A program made the translations under genes and the position numbers. Shown one piece after another: positions 62,510 to 64,000 of a stretch of DNA of 64,000 nt. The stretch's first letter is position 1. Each line of letters starts with the position of its first letter. The stretch spans positions 1,142,868 through 1,206,867 of the forward strand of contig RDEW01000015.1 of the NCBI GenBank assembly GCA_011109175.1, given 5' to 3'. Source of the DNA: Dicyema japonicum (Eukaryota; Animalia; Dicyemida). The notes under the pieces were generated by a model. The model made no database searches. It saw nothing but the letters and a program-made list of their open reading frames with translations, and had not been told where the DNA came from.

Positions 62510-62645
62510 AATTAATTATTTATTTAATAACCTCGAAAAGGGAACACCAAGAAAGAAAGAGTAACCAACTAATTAAGTGATCCCGGTACACCTCAAAAGG
62601 ATCGAGAGGTTTTTTGTGTTCTTCCAGAGTACCCACGGCTTTCCT
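62510..62645 (-). mobile_element. ~135-bp LINE-tail element, twin of 53533-53680
   Basis: Same 5' start AGGAAAGCCGTGG, same GGGATCACTTAATTAGTTGG motif and tail. Confidence 0.75.
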
Positions 62646-62649
62646 ATAT

Positions 62650-64000
62650 CGACGACGATCACCTTCATTAAAATTTGAAGAAAGGTGGGTTTTTTCCCCA
62701 ATTTACGTGTATTTGAGGCTTCTAGTTTTGAATGGAAGAAACAACTTGTTCGTGACCATTACAGACCGATAAAACCGGAACTGTTGTTTTTGATTGAAAC
62801 ATGGTCAAGCATTGGGGGAAAGATCGGGAGGTAGATTCGTTTGACGTACCAATTTGGCCTGTTAGGGAATTGATCTTTACAAATTTGATATTGAAACTCC
62901 ACAAGCTTATGAGGCACAAGCATACTCAACCGTCGGTTTTAGAAGTTGATTATACAAGACGACAGCGCACTCCCGTGACGCCTGGACATTAAGAACGATT
63001 TTATTATATTTAGTTTCCTGAGACCCTTTGTCATGACGTTCTTCACATGTTGAGAAAATATCATCAATGTCGGAAAGTCACTCCCAGAATAGTTGGATGA
63101 ATCTGTAAAGGTAGAGAATAGTTGGATGAATTTTCCAAATCAGATGAAATTTGTTGATGATTCATCTTCAGTGAGTTTCTTTGCTTAATGAGAAGACGAG
63201 GTTCCGAGTCCAGAGTAGTCATGTAAGATTTGTAAACTGCACGTGGGACAAACAACTTTTCAGCTCGAAAGATTACATAGTTTAGATGGTCCACTGCTTT
63301 GTCGATGGAGCAAAATGAGCTGGGATCAAAATGTAATAGGTTATGGTTAATGAAAAGCTTGAATTGAAATTTCTTTTAGATCTTGAAGGTTGCTTTAATT
63401 CTACATGAGTTATTGAATCGGATCAGTTTTAATATAATCGGATTATGATAACTATGAAAATCGTAGAAGACGTTCCATGAAATCATCGGGTAATCCTAGA
63501 GGAAGCAAAAGATATGTCGGGGAGGTTGGGTTGTCATTTCTTCGTACTGGTGTCCTTATGAGGATGTTCGAGTAATTAAGAATCACCATTTTTTCGAAAG
63601 AGTCGATAATTAGACTCCCCCTCTTGTCTGCCGACTAAGTACTGAACCATTGGGAATGTTTGGCATTGAAATCTCCACATAGAAACACATTTCGAATTTT
63701 TTGTAGTTTGTCGAGCTTTGGAACATATTTTATTACAACAGGATCCCGGCGGCGGAATGTAAATGTTGAATAGAATAAGATGTTCTGACCCATTAATAAG
63801 ATCAATAAAAATTTGTTCTGCGGTCCTGTCGTGTAGAATTAAATCATCCACATGCGAGCTCACATCGTGGAGGATAAACCGTTTTTAATAATGGTAAGTA
63901 AGCCGTCACCACGTCCAATACGGTCTTTTCTGATAAAGATGTATCCAGGAAAAAGGGGTTGTACTTTGTAGAAAGTTTTGACTCCTGGATAAGGCAAATG
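62650..64000 (-). mobile_element. Ingi/Vingi-like LINE APE region, decayed, 5' end outside window
   Basis: ICLIQESKL...IRKDRIGRGDGLLTII, EQIFI...NIYIPPPGSCC, GDFNAKH-like, similar to the 16156-19389 APE. Confidence 0.7.

Overview
AT-rich eukaryotic (animal) genomic DNA. About 12 compact protein-coding genes with canonical GT-AG introns of only about 20-29 nt sit between dense arrays of transposon relics. The intron size plus a bilaterian-type Zic gene with the A-intron point to a dicyemid mesozoan (inference, not verified). Genes: 3' end of an RNF32-like RING protein, Zic, an SLC7/CAT amino-acid transporter, a multi-EF-hand protein, ATAD3, TTI2-like, TMEM218-like, LanC-like, a 103-aa orphan, RAD51D, HFM1/MER3 and a stomatin-like gene. 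Mobile DNA: a TSD-flanked, apparently full-length 3.23-kb Ingi/Vingi-like LINE, a TSD-flanked 3.0-kb RTE LINE, a tRNA-headed SINE family (7 copies) sharing its 3' end with that RTE, many 5'-truncated LINE tails, R4/NeSL-like and CRE-like REL-endonuclease LINE relics, and Buster/Charlie hAT relics. The most notable signal is the Ingi/Vingi-like element at 16156-19389 (-): its first ~80 nt can fold as an HDV-like double pseudoknot, and a virus-like 2A motif (GDIELNPG|P) lies just ahead of the AP endonuclease. Single-base homopolymer indels inside conserved host genes suggest assembly errors, so frameshift-based 'dead' calls are unreliable. All splicing, alignment and folding was done by eye; boundaries of degenerate relics are approximate.
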